The notes beneath the pieces are model-generated. The model was not told where the DNA came from. It did not search any database and saw only the letters and a list, made by a program, of their open reading frames with translations. A stretch of 64,000 nucleotides of DNA, from assembly GCA_963763655.1 (NCBI GenBank), contig CAVXPY010000036.1, positions 113,320 through 177,319 on the forward strand, written 5' to 3'. Position numbers and translations under genes: made by a program. The stretch is from an uncultured Chloroflexia bacterium (GTDB lineage: Bacteria > Chloroflexota > Chloroflexia > Thermomicrobiales > JALYUS01). Of this stretch, positions 10,106 to 19,771 are shown piece by piece (the stretch's first letter is position 1; the number at the start of each line of letters is the position of its first letter).

Positions 10106-11236
10106 ATGTCCAATGATTTCGACATCATTATCGCCGGGGCGTCGTACGCCGGGTTGGCGGCGGCGCGCCATCTCGCGGGTGTCGGCGCGCGCGTGCTCCT
10201 CATTGACGAGCATGCCATTGGGGCGATCCGACGCTCTGCCTGCGCCGTGCCGACGCGCACGCTCGCCGCCGTCAGGGGGTTGGTGAGCGCGTGCCAGGAG
10301 ACCGGGTGGGGCGTTGTCCACACACGGTATAACACCGTGCGATTTCGCTGGCCGGGGCCGTGGATGGTCGTGGACCATCGCGCGCTGTGTGTCGCACTCC
10401 GCGCGCAAGCGCCGGACGTGGCGTTTCTCCAGGCGCGCATCGCCGCGTTCGATGGCGCCAACGTGGTGACAAACAGGGGGCGATTCACGGCGCGCCAATT
10501 TGTTGATGCGAGCGGATGGCGCGCGGCGCTCGCGGGGTCGCTGGATCCTGCCTTCGTGGACCGTGGCCGTCTGACAGTCGGGATCGAAGTCACTGTGCCC
10601 GGTGGCACCGATGCGCTGCACTTTTATGCGAACAAGGAGATCGTCCGTGAGGGATACGGGTGGGTCTTCCCGTGCGGGGAGGAGCGACGCATCGGGTTGG
10701 TCGCGTTCGACAATGCGAAGGGGATGGCCGACCGCTTACGTGCCTTCCTCGCATGCCTCGGCATCACGACCGACCTGCGCGATCTCACGCGGAACGGTGG
10801 CATGTTGCCGGCGCAGGCCCGGCCGTCGGTGGTCGGCGCCCTCTGGGTCCTTGGCGACGCGGCGGGCCACTGCTTGCCGCTGACCGGCGAGGGGATCCGC
10901 TTCGCCTTGCAGGACGGCGACATGGCTGGCCCGCTGCTGCGGATGGCGCTCGATGGGACAATATCGTGGGACGCGGCACGCTCCGCCTACGCGCGCGCGG
11001 TCGCGGGCCACCGGGCGCGCGTAGGCGCCTACGCACGGATGCAGGCGGTGGCGTGCGCGCTCCCGAATTTCGCGTACGCGCCCGTTGTTTGGACACTGGG
11101 CAGGCGCGGCGCGCATCCGCGCATCCTGCGCCGCTACATGGCATGGGAGCATACGCTACCAGCGTGTGGACCATTCCAGGCATCGTGGCAGGGGAGCGAC
11201 GTTCGCCGCCTGGAAGGCGGTCTCTCCGCCGATTGA
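10106..11236 (+). CDS. FAD-dependent oxidoreductase, geranylgeranyl reductase/lycopene cyclase-like
   Basis: DIIIAGASYAG Rossmann motif, VDASGW, GYGWVFP, LGDAAGHCLPLTGEGIRFAL. Confidence 0.85.
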   Translation: MSNDFDIIIAGASYAGLAAARHLAGVGARVLLIDEHAIGAIRRSACAVPTRTLAAVRGLVSACQETGWGVVHTRYNTVRFRWPGPWMVVDHRALCVALRAQAPDVAFLQARIAAFDGANVVTNRGRFTARQFVDASGWRAALAGSLDPAFVDRGRLTVGIEVTVPGGTDALHFYANKEIVREGYGWVFPCGEERRIGLVAFDNAKGMADRLRAFLACLGITTDLRDLTRNGGMLPAQARPSVVGALWVLGDAAGHCLPLTGEGIRFALQDGDMAGPLLRMALDGTISWDAARSAYARAVAGHRARVGAYARMQAVACALPNFAYAPVVWTLGRRGAHPRILRRYMAWEHTLPACGPFQASWQGSDVRRLEGGLSAD

Positions 11237-11405
11237 CGAAGGGGGTAGAATGAATCTGCGAGGCGGGCAACAGATTCAGGGACAAAGCGGTGTCATACGG
11301 CTCAATGGAGCGCGCATCATGGCGCTTGGTGCTCGCCGGGTCGGTGTCCGCCGACCGGCGCCTGCGCGCGATTCGGGACGGTATGCGGCGGGATGGAGGT
11401 GTGCG

Positions 11406-12314
11406 ATGGTGTCTGACGGGGGAGTTATCAGTGGCATGCGTGCGGCGGGGAGCAGCGCGCTCATCCGGGACGACCGTGTCCTCCCCGAGACGCGCTGGCT
11501 CTCGGCGTTCATCGTGCCCTTCCTATTCGTGGCCTTCGTGATGCTCTACCTCTTCCCCGGCCACACCGACCGCCTCTTTGCCTGGACGATCCGCCCCGAT
11601 ATGACGCCGCTGATCATGGGCGCGGGCTACATCTCCGGCAGCTATTTCTTCGTCCACGCGTTCTTCGCCCGGCGCTGGCACACGGTGCACCTCGGCTTCC
11701 TGCCGATCACCGCCTTCACGATCTTCATGGCGATCGCCTCCTTCATGCACCTGGACCGCTTCCATCACGGGCACGTCTCGTTCTATGCGTGGATCGGGCT
11801 CTACATCATCACGCCCGTCCTCGTCCCGCTCGTCTGGTACCGCAACAGCCGCACCGACCCGCGCACGCCGGAACCGGACGATGTGCTGCTCTCACCGGTA
11901 GTCCGCGGCGTCCTCGGCATCGGCGGCGCGGCGCAGTTCCTGATCGCGCTCTTCCTTCTCCTCTTCCCCACTACGATGATTGATCTCTGGCCTTGGAAAC
12001 TGACGCCGCTCACGGCGCAGGTGATCGGCGGTTGGTTCGCCCTACCGAGCGTCGTGGCGATGCTGATGGCACTCGACCACCGCTGGAGTGCGATCCGGAT
12101 CACGCTGCAGAGCCAACTGATCGGCCTGGCGCTGATGCTAATCGCCGTCGTCCGGGCGTGGGGCGATTTCGACCGATCGAATGGAATGACGTGGGTCTTC
12201 GTCGGCGGCATCGGCGGCATGTTCGTCGGCCTGCTCGCGCTGGATATCGTGCTGGATTCCCGCTATCGCGCCAACAGCCGGGCGGGCGCGGCGCAGCCCC
12301 GGCACGCCGGGTAA
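11406..12314 (+). CDS. Integral membrane protein of unknown function (about 8 TM, internal duplication)
   Basis: Hydrophobic helices with duplicated halves (FAWTIRPDMTPL / WPWKLTPLTA); GGAGGT RBS before ATG 11406. Confidence 0.75.
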   Translation: MVSDGGVISGMRAAGSSALIRDDRVLPETRWLSAFIVPFLFVAFVMLYLFPGHTDRLFAWTIRPDMTPLIMGAGYISGSYFFVHAFFARRWHTVHLGFLPITAFTIFMAIASFMHLDRFHHGHVSFYAWIGLYIITPVLVPLVWYRNSRTDPRTPEPDDVLLSPVVRGVLGIGGAAQFLIALFLLLFPTTMIDLWPWKLTPLTAQVIGGWFALPSVVAMLMALDHRWSAIRITLQSQLIGLALMLIAVVRAWGDFDRSNGMTWVFVGGIGGMFVGLLALDIVLDSRYRANSRAGAAQPRHAG

Positions 12315-12401
12315 CGCCAGGTGCGTGAGGGTCGAGAAGCGTTCCGCAGCGGCGCCGGAATGCACGCGCGAATCCCTGCACGCGCAGACTAGGAGCGACT
12401 G

Positions 12402-13500
12402 ATGGGCCCACGCATGTTGCCGGCGACGATTGCCGGCCAACCGGAGCAGTACCGTCGCTTCGGCCTCCGTACGGAAATGATTGAGACCTGGGAAGATGGG
12501 ATGCGCACCGACGGGAGTTCGGGGACCTACGAATGGTGGTACTTCGACACCCACCTCGACGACGGCGCGAAGCTCGTCATTACCTTCTACACGAAGCCCG
12601 TCACGGACGTCGGCAAGCCCCTCACGCCATATATTACGCTGAACTTCGATTATCCCGACGGCCGGAGCGTGCAGAAGGCGCACTTCTGGAAACGGCATGA
12701 ATTCTCCGCCTCCAAGGAGCGCTGCGATGTGCGCATCGGCGCGAGCACCTTCCGGGGTGACCTGCATACGTACACGATCCACGTCGAGATTGACGGCATC
12801 GTCGCCGATGTCACGCTGACCGGTCAGGTGCCGCCGTGGCGACCGAGGACGGGCCACGCGCTTTTTGGCACGCGCGAGGAGCATCTCTTCGCATGGTTGC
12901 CGTCCGTGCCGCAAGGGGCTGTCGAGGCGACGATCCGTGTAGGGGGCGAGACGCGATCCGCGCGAGGGATCGGCTATCACGATCACAATTTGGGGCAACA
13001 TCGCCGTGCAGAAGCTCGTCCATCATTGGTACTGGGCGCGCGGGAAGATCGGCGGCTACACGATGATCGCGTCGCAGATCATTGCCGAAAAGGCCTATGG
13101 CTACACCCCACTGACGGTCTTCATGCTTGCGCAGGATGGTACGGTGATCGCCGATGATGGCGACAAGGTGCAATTTCACCTCGCCGACCTGTACACCGAC
13201 ACGCTCACCGGCAAGCCGGTGGCGAATACGGTCGTGTTCGACTACCGGGAGCGCAACCGGCGCTATACGCTGACATTCCGGCGCGCGACGGACCTGACGC
13301 GCATGAAGTTGGTGGATGAGATTCATGGTGTCACGCATCTGCTGGCGAAGATGATCCGTTTCGACGGAGCGTACCTCCGCTTCGCGGGAGAGTTGTGCAT
13401 CGAATGCGCCGACGGCGAGTGGGTGACGGAGACGCAGTGCGACGAAGCGATCTGGGAGTTGATGTACTTCGGGAAGGTTCGCGCGCATCCATCCCAGTAG
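12402..13500 (+). CDS. CrtC (hydroxyneurosporene synthase)/lipocalin-like double-barrel protein; +1 indel at about 12990
   Basis: WEDGMRT..TYEWWYFD motif. Removing one T from cacaatttgggg restores GYHDHNWG and joins ORFs 12402 and 13006. Confidence 0.75.
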
Positions 13501-13547
13501 GTTCTTCGCATTGTGCGGCATGACCGGAAGGCAGGGAGGAGGAAGGC

Positions 13548-14069
13548 ATGTCGCTCTTGTTACCGCCCGAAGTAGAGGGAGTCTTCCAGGAGTTCCGCGC
13601 CTGCGAGTTCACGACTCTCGCCAAAGACGGCACGCCGATCACCTGGCCGACGCTCCCCTTCTACGACGCGGAGGCGGCCCAATTCGTCGTCACCACCTCG
13701 ATCGCCTTCCCCCAGAAGGCATTCAATGTGCGGCGCAATCCGCGCGTCTCGCTGCTCTTCTCCGATCCCACCGGCTCCGGCCTGACGGACCCTCCCGCCG
13801 TCCTCATCCAGGGGGACGCCGCCGCGCCGGACGAGGTTGACACCTCGATCCGGGGCTACGAGGAGCGCCTGACGATGGTCTTCCAGCGGCAACCCTCCGG
13901 CGGGATCTACAGCAGCAACCCCCTCATGCGCCGCTATTTCGACTGGTACTATATGCGCCTGCAGATCATCGTCACGCCCCGGCGGATCCGTTGGTGGCCG
14001 AAGGGCGATTTCACCCAGGCGGCGCGCGAGCTCGAACTCAGGGAGGCGCATGATGTTCCCGTGGGATGA
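13548..14069 (+). CDS. Pyridoxamine 5'-phosphate oxidase (PPOX) family split-barrel protein
   Basis: EFTTLAKDGTPITWP and KAFNVRRNPRVSLLF motifs. Confidence 0.85.
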   Translation: MSLLLPPEVEGVFQEFRACEFTTLAKDGTPITWPTLPFYDAEAAQFVVTTSIAFPQKAFNVRRNPRVSLLFSDPTGSGLTDPPAVLIQGDAAAPDEVDTSIRGYEERLTMVFQRQPSGGIYSSNPLMRRYFDWYYMRLQIIVTPRRIRWWPKGDFTQAARELELREAHDVPVG

Positions 14070-14526
14070 GATGGTCCGGCTGATGTCGGAGTTCCGGAAT
14101 GCCGTCCTGACGGCGAGCGGGATGGACGGCTATCCGTGCAGCGTCCGGTGCCAGCCGGAGCCGGATGCCGCCGCGCAACGGGTGCGCGTGCGCATACCGC
14201 CCGATGCGACGCTACGGCCCGGCCCGGCGTCCCTGCTCTGGCACTCGCACGACGAATTACTCTGGCATCAGAAGAGCTTCCTCGTGCGCGGCACACTGGC
14301 GCAGGACGCGCAGGGCTGGCATCTCCAACCCGCGCGGCTCATCTCCGGCGTCGGGTTCGGCGGGGTCAGAGGGATGGTTCGCTTCGCGCGGGAGGCGCGC
14401 CACACGGCGGACCGTTACCTCGCCGCCCGCCATCTCGCCCGCCCGCCCGTGCCCTGGGACGAGATCATCGCCGTGAAGAAAGCGGCGAAGCGGGCGAGCA
14501 AGAACGATTCGTCCCGTCGTCGCTGA
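14050..14526 (+). CDS. Hypothetical protein, PPOX-like split-barrel partner
   Basis: AVLTASGMDGYPCSVR motif; overlaps the upstream PPOX gene. Confidence 0.65.
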   Translation: MMFPWDEMVRLMSEFRNAVLTASGMDGYPCSVRCQPEPDAAAQRVRVRIPPDATLRPGPASLLWHSHDELLWHQKSFLVRGTLAQDAQGWHLQPARLISGVGFGGVRGMVRFAREARHTADRYLAARHLARPPVPWDEIIAVKKAAKRASKNDSSRRR

Positions 14527-14613
14527 TTGGTCGCAGATGGCGGTTCGTGAACCTCCCAGCCGAGGGCACCACGGCGCTGACCGAAAGGGTATAACCAAGG
14601 GACGAGGGGTCGA

Positions 14614-15561
14614 TCAGCGTGCGTACAGAATGACGACGCTCGTGATACCCCAGAGGAGGATGCAAATGAGGAGAGGGCGGTCGGCGAAAAGGGCGTCCTC
14701 GGGGTTGCCGCCCTCGCCCTTGCGATAGACAAGGTAGAGGTAGCGGAAGACCGCATAGAGGACGAAGGGGATCGTGAACATCATCGCATGGTTGCGCGGG
14801 AGGTTCTCGGCATTGAAGGTGTAGAGCGCGTAGGCCATCACGGTCGCGCTCGTCACAACCGCGATGATCTCTTCGAGGAGGGTGGCGGAATACTCATCGA
14901 GTACCGAGCGATGGCTGCCCGCGCCCGCTTCGAGGAGCATCAACTCGTGCCGCCGCTTGGCGAAGCCGAGGCAGAGTGAGAGAAGCACCGTGCAGACATA
15001 GAGCCACGGTGAGATCGGCGCGGCGATGACGACCGCGCCCGCCATCGCGCGCAGGACGAAACTCGCGGCGAGGGCAAAGACATCGAGCAGCACCTGCTCC
15101 TTCAGCCAGTAGGTATAGGCGAACTGCAGCGCAACGTAGCCCGCGACAATTGCCCCGAACATCGGCCGCAGGAGAAAGGCGAGCGGGACGGCGATACCGA
15201 GGGCGACGAGCGCGAGCACCCAGGCGAGCGGCACGGGGATCTCTCCCGCCGCGATCGGCCGGAAGCGCTTTTTCGGGTGGAGGCGGTCTGCCTCACGATC
15301 CCCGAGGTCGTTGATGAAGTAAATCGCACTCGCCACCACGCAGAAAAGCACGAAGGCGGCGAGGACTTGCCAGATCGCGGTGCGGTTCGTCAGTTGCTTC
15401 GCGAAGACGATCCCCGCGAAGAGGAAGCCGTTCTTGACCCACTGCTTTGGCCGCGCCTCTTTGAGCAGGGCGCGCCCGAGTGACCGCCGCACATATGGTC
15501 GCTCCACCGCAGGCTCAACGGGGCGGAGAGGGCTCGGATCGGTGGCTATCGTCTCGCTCAT
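14614..15561 (-). CDS. Decaprenyl-phosphate phosphoribosyltransferase (UbiA family, DPPR synthase)
   Basis: RPKQWVKN, YFINDLGDREADRLHPKKRFRPIAAG and KRRHEL motifs. Confidence 0.92.
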   Translation of the reverse strand: MSETIATDPSPLRPVEPAVERPYVRRSLGRALLKEARPKQWVKNGFLFAGIVFAKQLTNRTAIWQVLAAFVLFCVVASAIYFINDLGDREADRLHPKKRFRPIAAGEIPVPLAWVLALVALGIAVPLAFLLRPMFGAIVAGYVALQFAYTYWLKEQVLLDVFALAASFVLRAMAGAVVIAAPISPWLYVCTVLLSLCLGFAKRRHELMLLEAGAGSHRSVLDEYSATLLEEIIAVVTSATVMAYALYTFNAENLPRNHAMMFTIPFVLYAVFRYLYLVYRKGEGGNPEDALFADRPLLICILLWGITSVVILYAR

Positions 15562-15592
15562 GGCAGCAGCGTACGCGGTCTTCCCTCACCCG

Positions 15593-17467
15593 TCAAACGG
15601 GTGGAGGCTTAGGGGGAAGCCACGCAGGGTCATAGTCACTGCCGATATTCCACAGAAGGTAGCCGCTGCTCTGCATCTCGTTGCACGCCTGAATCTGGGC
15701 GTAGACTTGTTGCGTGCCGTACTCCACACCTGGCCCGTAGGAGAATGCCTGAAGCCACGGGCGCGTCTTGCGGGCGATGCCCGGCACACGTTGGTCCCGC
15801 TCGATCAAGCTCTGCTTGATGACTTCATAGGGGTAGTTATTCGGGATATCCCACCCGTTGAAGCCACGCGAGTAGTGCGAGGGGTAATCCATCGGGCAGA
15901 TGACATCGACGAGCGCGACGAGGTCCTCGAACTGCTGACCGATGCCGTTATCCCCCTTCAGCCACGCGGTGATGCCGAATACGTCCGCGCCAAGGAGCGC
16001 GTGCGTTGGTGCCAGCCGGGTGTGGGCCATCTTGAGCAGGCTCGTAATAGCGTCTCGCCGCTCTTGCGCGCCGCCCGTAAAGCTGGGGCCATATTCGGCG
16101 CTTGCAAGCACGCCATCCGACGGGAAGCGGACGTAATCGAACTGAATCTCATCGAAGCCGAGGTTTGCGGCTTCGACCGCAAGATCTGTGACATATTGCC
16201 AGACCTGCGGGTTCGTCGGGTTGAGCCATGCCGCGCCGCCACTCGTCCGCCACACTTTGCCGGTACGATTATCCTTGATCGCCAGGTCCGGTCGCTTCGT
16301 CGCCGCGATCGGGTCTTCCATCACCACGATCCGACCGATTGCGTAGATCCCTTTCGCGTGCAATGTTTGGATGAGTTGCGGCACATTCAGCGTCGGATGC
16401 ACCGCGCCCACCTCGCGGGCCAGCGGCACCTTCGAGTCGTAGTAGACGACGCCATTATTGTCTTTGAGGTCCACAACCAATGCGTTCAGGTCACGGGTCG
16501 CAATCAGGTTCATCACGCGGTCGAACCGGGCAGGGTCCGCCGCGACAGTTGCCTCGGCGTAAATGCCTTTCGCAACGAACGGCTGAAGGGTGACATCCTG
16601 CGTGAGGTTCGCGCCGAGTGGGAGCGTTTGCGGCAGATAGCCGATCCCCTTGACGATCAGTTGCGCGCCATCATCGACACCGTCGAGCGTGTACTTCCCG
16701 TCCGCGCTCGTCTGCCCGACGGCACCGCCCGCCGCGACCGTGACACCCGCGACCGGCTGCCCCTTTGGATCGCGTATCACCCCGGAAACGACATCCGGGC
16801 GGAGCGCCAGGTCCATCGTCGTCGTGCGCTCCACCGGGTGCGGTCGACGGCTGATGTTCGGCGCATCGACGACAAGATTCGCGCCATCCGGCACGCCGGA
16901 GAGCCGGTAGCGACCATCCGGGTCTGTCGTCGCAGCGGTGCCCTGTTCCGTGCCGGGGAGAACCGCTTCGACTTTCGCATTGGCGACGGGCTGTCCAAGC
17001 GCGGTGACGCGCCCCGCCAGCCATGCGGGCCGGAGGGCCAGCGTCGCCGTTTCGGTGGGCGGCCAGGGCATCTCGATCTGCCGCCGGTCATACTCACGCA
17101 GTGCGGCGAAGACCGTGACGCGCTCACTCAAGAGACGGGCATGCACCTCACCCTGCGCGTTCGTCGTGAACATTCTGCCGACGGTTCCTTGCGGTGTCGA
17201 TTCCGCCGGATTACACGCACTGTCCGTGCACGCGAGGGGGACGACCGTCACCTGCGCGCCCGCGAGCGGCGTGCCGGAGTAGGCGTCTTTGATAACGAAG
17301 GTTCCCAACTGACCCGCCCCACTCCCCCCGGTGTGTCCGAGCAGGGTATATCCGCCATAGCCGATCACCGCGACAAGACCTGCCGCAATGAGCGCTCGCC
17401 ACGGGCCACCCGAAGACCGTCGATACGGTTGGGAGCGCACGGCGAAATGTCTTTCTCGTAACACCAA
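15593..17467 (-). CDS. Membrane-anchored putative glycoside hydrolase (DUF4015-like) with carboxypeptidase-regulatory-like repeats
   Basis: N-terminal TM; repeated G.P.AGA.V...TD.DG.Y.L units; NALVVDLK, GFDEIQFDYVRFP, PMDYPSHY and RPWLQAF motifs. Confidence 0.85.
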   Translation of the reverse strand: MVLRERHFAVRSQPYRRSSGGPWRALIAAGLVAVIGYGGYTLLGHTGGSGAGQLGTFVIKDAYSGTPLAGAQVTVVPLACTDSACNPAESTPQGTVGRMFTTNAQGEVHARLLSERVTVFAALREYDRRQIEMPWPPTETATLALRPAWLAGRVTALGQPVANAKVEAVLPGTEQGTAATTDPDGRYRLSGVPDGANLVVDAPNISRRPHPVERTTTMDLALRPDVVSGVIRDPKGQPVAGVTVAAGGAVGQTSADGKYTLDGVDDGAQLIVKGIGYLPQTLPLGANLTQDVTLQPFVAKGIYAEATVAADPARFDRVMNLIATRDLNALVVDLKDNNGVVYYDSKVPLAREVGAVHPTLNVPQLIQTLHAKGIYAIGRIVVMEDPIAATKRPDLAIKDNRTGKVWRTSGGAAWLNPTNPQVWQYVTDLAVEAANLGFDEIQFDYVRFPSDGVLASAEYGPSFTGGAQERRDAITSLLKMAHTRLAPTHALLGADVFGITAWLKGDNGIGQQFEDLVALVDVICPMDYPSHYSRGFNGWDIPNNYPYEVIKQSLIERDQRVPGIARKTRPWLQAFSYGPGVEYGTQQVYAQIQACNEMQSSGYLLWNIGSDYDPAWLPPKPPPV

Positions 17468-17479
17468 GCGATGGGCCTC

Positions 17480-18334
17480 CTACGATGCCGAAGGGGTTGC
17501 ATCCGCAGCGATGGACGCAGGCACGCGCCGCTCACTGCTGGCGATTGTCGGGCCATCGGGAGTCTGCACCACCCGTGGCACGACGGTACTACGGTGCGGT
17601 GACGCGCAATAGCGCACATCGTCAAGCCGCCCGGTCGTCGCGATGAAGCGCGGGCCGGCACCCTGAAGAAGGGCAGTCGTGAATGTCTCCGCGTCCGGCT
17701 TCGTCCCCTCACTGACAAAGGAGCGATAGAGCGTCAAGGCGGCGAGGGCGGACTCGTCGATGGTGCGCGGCGCGTCCTGCCGGTCCGGAAATGCCCACGG
17801 ACCATGCGACTCCCATGCACAGGCGACGAGAAAGCCCGCCGCCAGGAGATCATCGAGTGCAAAGACCGTGCCATGCTCCTGCCCGGCACAGACGATCAGC
17901 ACATCGAGCTTTCGCGTGGTCGCTTCCTCGATGGCCTCGGCGATCACTGCCGCACCATTGCGGATGCAGCCAACGAGGACCAGCGGCGCGGCAGAGAGCA
18001 AGGCGAGCGCGACCGTGCCGTTACTCGTCCGCATCACCACGCCACGCCCGGCGACGGCAGCCGTGGTGGCTGCCGTTGGCGAGTTATCGAGGTCGAAACC
18101 CGGCGCGATGATCCCGCCTTGCTCACCCACAAGCAGCGCGCGCTCGTTGCCGAACTGTGCGGCGCGGCGACGCGCCTCCTCCAGATCAATCGCGAAGCGA
18201 ATCGGCCCCGCCCCGCGCTCGCAGAGCGTCAGGAGCGTCGTACTCGCGCGCACCACATCCACGACGACACAAACACTGCCGCGGCTCTCGCCGATGGATG
18301 ACGCTGTCTGGGCTACCCGTAACCGCACACGCAC
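17480..18334 (-). CDS. comB: 2-phosphosulfolactate phosphatase family
   Basis: VVVDVVRASTT, GEQGG...GFDLDNSP, TSNGT and FALDDLLAAG motifs. Confidence 0.88.
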   Translation of the reverse strand: MRVRLRVAQTASSIGESRGSVCVVVDVVRASTTLLTLCERGAGPIRFAIDLEEARRRAAQFGNERALLVGEQGGIIAPGFDLDNSPTAATTAAVAGRGVVMRTSNGTVALALLSAAPLVLVGCIRNGAAVIAEAIEEATTRKLDVLIVCAGQEHGTVFALDDLLAAGFLVACAWESHGPWAFPDRQDAPRTIDESALAALTLYRSFVSEGTKPDAETFTTALLQGAGPRFIATTGRLDDVRYCASPHRSTVVPRVVQTPDGPTIASSERRVPASIAADATPSAS

Positions 18335-18523
18335 CTGCCTTCACAAAATCATATTCGCGCGTTCGTACTGTACGTTCACCAAGATAATTGCGTAACGCAA
18401 TCTCTGCCCCCACGGCGCGTACCGTATCATCTGATTTGGGCAAATGCAAGCAGAGAATCATGATCGTCTGGATTTTGCGTATCCTCCGCGCTTTTCTTGT
18501 TCGTGCACAGGAGGCTTCGCGCT

Positions 18524-18552
18524 TTGACGCACGTGCGCCAGGGGAGTATCAT
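18524..18552 (+). promoter_or_regulatory. Sigma70-type promoter TTGACG-N17-TATCAT for the polyprenyl synthetase
   Basis: ttgacg cacgtgcgccaggggag tatcat. Confidence 0.55.
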
Positions 18553-18656
18553 TTTCTGTGGTGGCAGAGAGTTTCTGCCACACTGTGCAGGGGTGGTACA
18601 CACAGTAACCACCCGCATCCTGCAACGGAGCAGGATAGAAAGCAGAGACGCTTCCC

Positions 18657-19646
18657 ATGCCCGCAATAAATATCGATGTCCTCCGCGATCCCACGATCAA
18701 TGCGGACCTCGCACGTGTCGAAGACGCGATTCGCGAGCGCATCGCGGTAAACTACCCGGTCATGACCGACCTGCTCAATGGCATCATTGCGGCGAAGGGG
18801 AAGATGCTCCGCCCGCGCGTGCTCCTCGCCGCCGCGCGCATGTTCGAGTACGACATCAGCCATCTCGCCCCCGCCGCCGCCGGTATCGAACTCCTGCATA
18901 TCGCCAGCCTGATCCACGATGACACCGTCGATAAGGCGCTCTTCCGGCGCGGCGCGGCGACGCTCAACTCCGTCCTGCCGACGACCATCGTCGTCCTGCT
19001 CGGGGATTACCTCTTTGCGCAATCGGCCGTCCTCGTCTCAATGTCGAACAATCTGCGCGCGATGACGCTCTTTGCGGAAACCCTCGGGGACATCTGCAAC
19101 GGCGAGTTGGATGAGATCTTCCAAACCCGACAGTGGGACCAGACACGCCAGCAGTATGACCAGCGTATCCACGGCAAGACCGCCGCGCTCTTCGCGACTG
19201 CCGCAGAGTTCGGCGGCGTCCTTTCCGGCGCACCCGCCGAGGCAGTCGAGGCGCTCCGGGCATACGGCACGGCGATTGGCATCGGCTTCCAGATCATCGA
19301 CGATGTGCTCGATCTGCGCGAAACCTCCGAGGACATCGGCAAGCCCGCCGGTTCGGACCTGCGTCAGGGCACGCTGACACTGCCAATGATGTTTTATCTC
19401 GAAAAGTATGCCGATGCCGCTGATACTGCGTTAATCCGTAAGGTCGTACTCGGCACCAAGACCGACGATACGCAGATCGACGCACTCGTTGGTCGCGTGC
19501 GGACATCCGGCGCCCTTGACGATGCCGTTGCGGAGGCGCAAGCCGCCGTGGACCGCGCGAAACGTTGCCTCGAAACCCTCCCCGCCGGTGAGGCACGCGG
19601 CTACCTCAGCGCGATGGCAGACTTCGTCACCGCACGGAAAAGCTGA
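18657..19646 (+). CDS. Polyprenyl diphosphate synthase
   Basis: GKMLRP, ELLHIASLIHDDTVD, GKTAALF, FQIIDDVLD and GKPAGSDLRQG motifs. Confidence 0.95.
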   Translation: MPAINIDVLRDPTINADLARVEDAIRERIAVNYPVMTDLLNGIIAAKGKMLRPRVLLAAARMFEYDISHLAPAAAGIELLHIASLIHDDTVDKALFRRGAATLNSVLPTTIVVLLGDYLFAQSAVLVSMSNNLRAMTLFAETLGDICNGELDEIFQTRQWDQTRQQYDQRIHGKTAALFATAAEFGGVLSGAPAEAVEALRAYGTAIGIGFQIIDDVLDLRETSEDIGKPAGSDLRQGTLTLPMMFYLEKYADAADTALIRKVVLGTKTDDTQIDALVGRVRTSGALDDAVAEAQAAVDRAKRCLETLPAGEARGYLSAMADFVTARKS

Positions 19647-19771
19647 CCTACCCCTCGCCCCCTCCCTAAAGGGAAGGGGAACGTGATCTTGGCATCGTGC
19701 TCTTTCTCACATACCGAGGCATTGCAGCGAGTCACCCCCTTCCTTTTAGGGAAGGGGGCCGGGGGGTTAGG
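19647..19771. repeat. Family A REP-like palindromic doublet
   Basis: Reverse-complement-like copy of 2430-2530 between convergent genes; supplies the TAA stop of the nucleoside hydrolase. Confidence 0.9.

Noticed and set aside
12960-13020. Programmed frameshift or true two-gene split in the CrtC-like gene
   Set aside because: One extra T in a homopolymer breaks the conserved HDHNWG motif; a sequencing indel is the simpler explanation.
18361-18380. Recurrent GAACGTAC(A) words in promoter regions (also about 38070 and 52192)
   Set aside because: Only LexA half-sites without a correctly spaced partner; significance cannot be shown without a motif-enrichment test.
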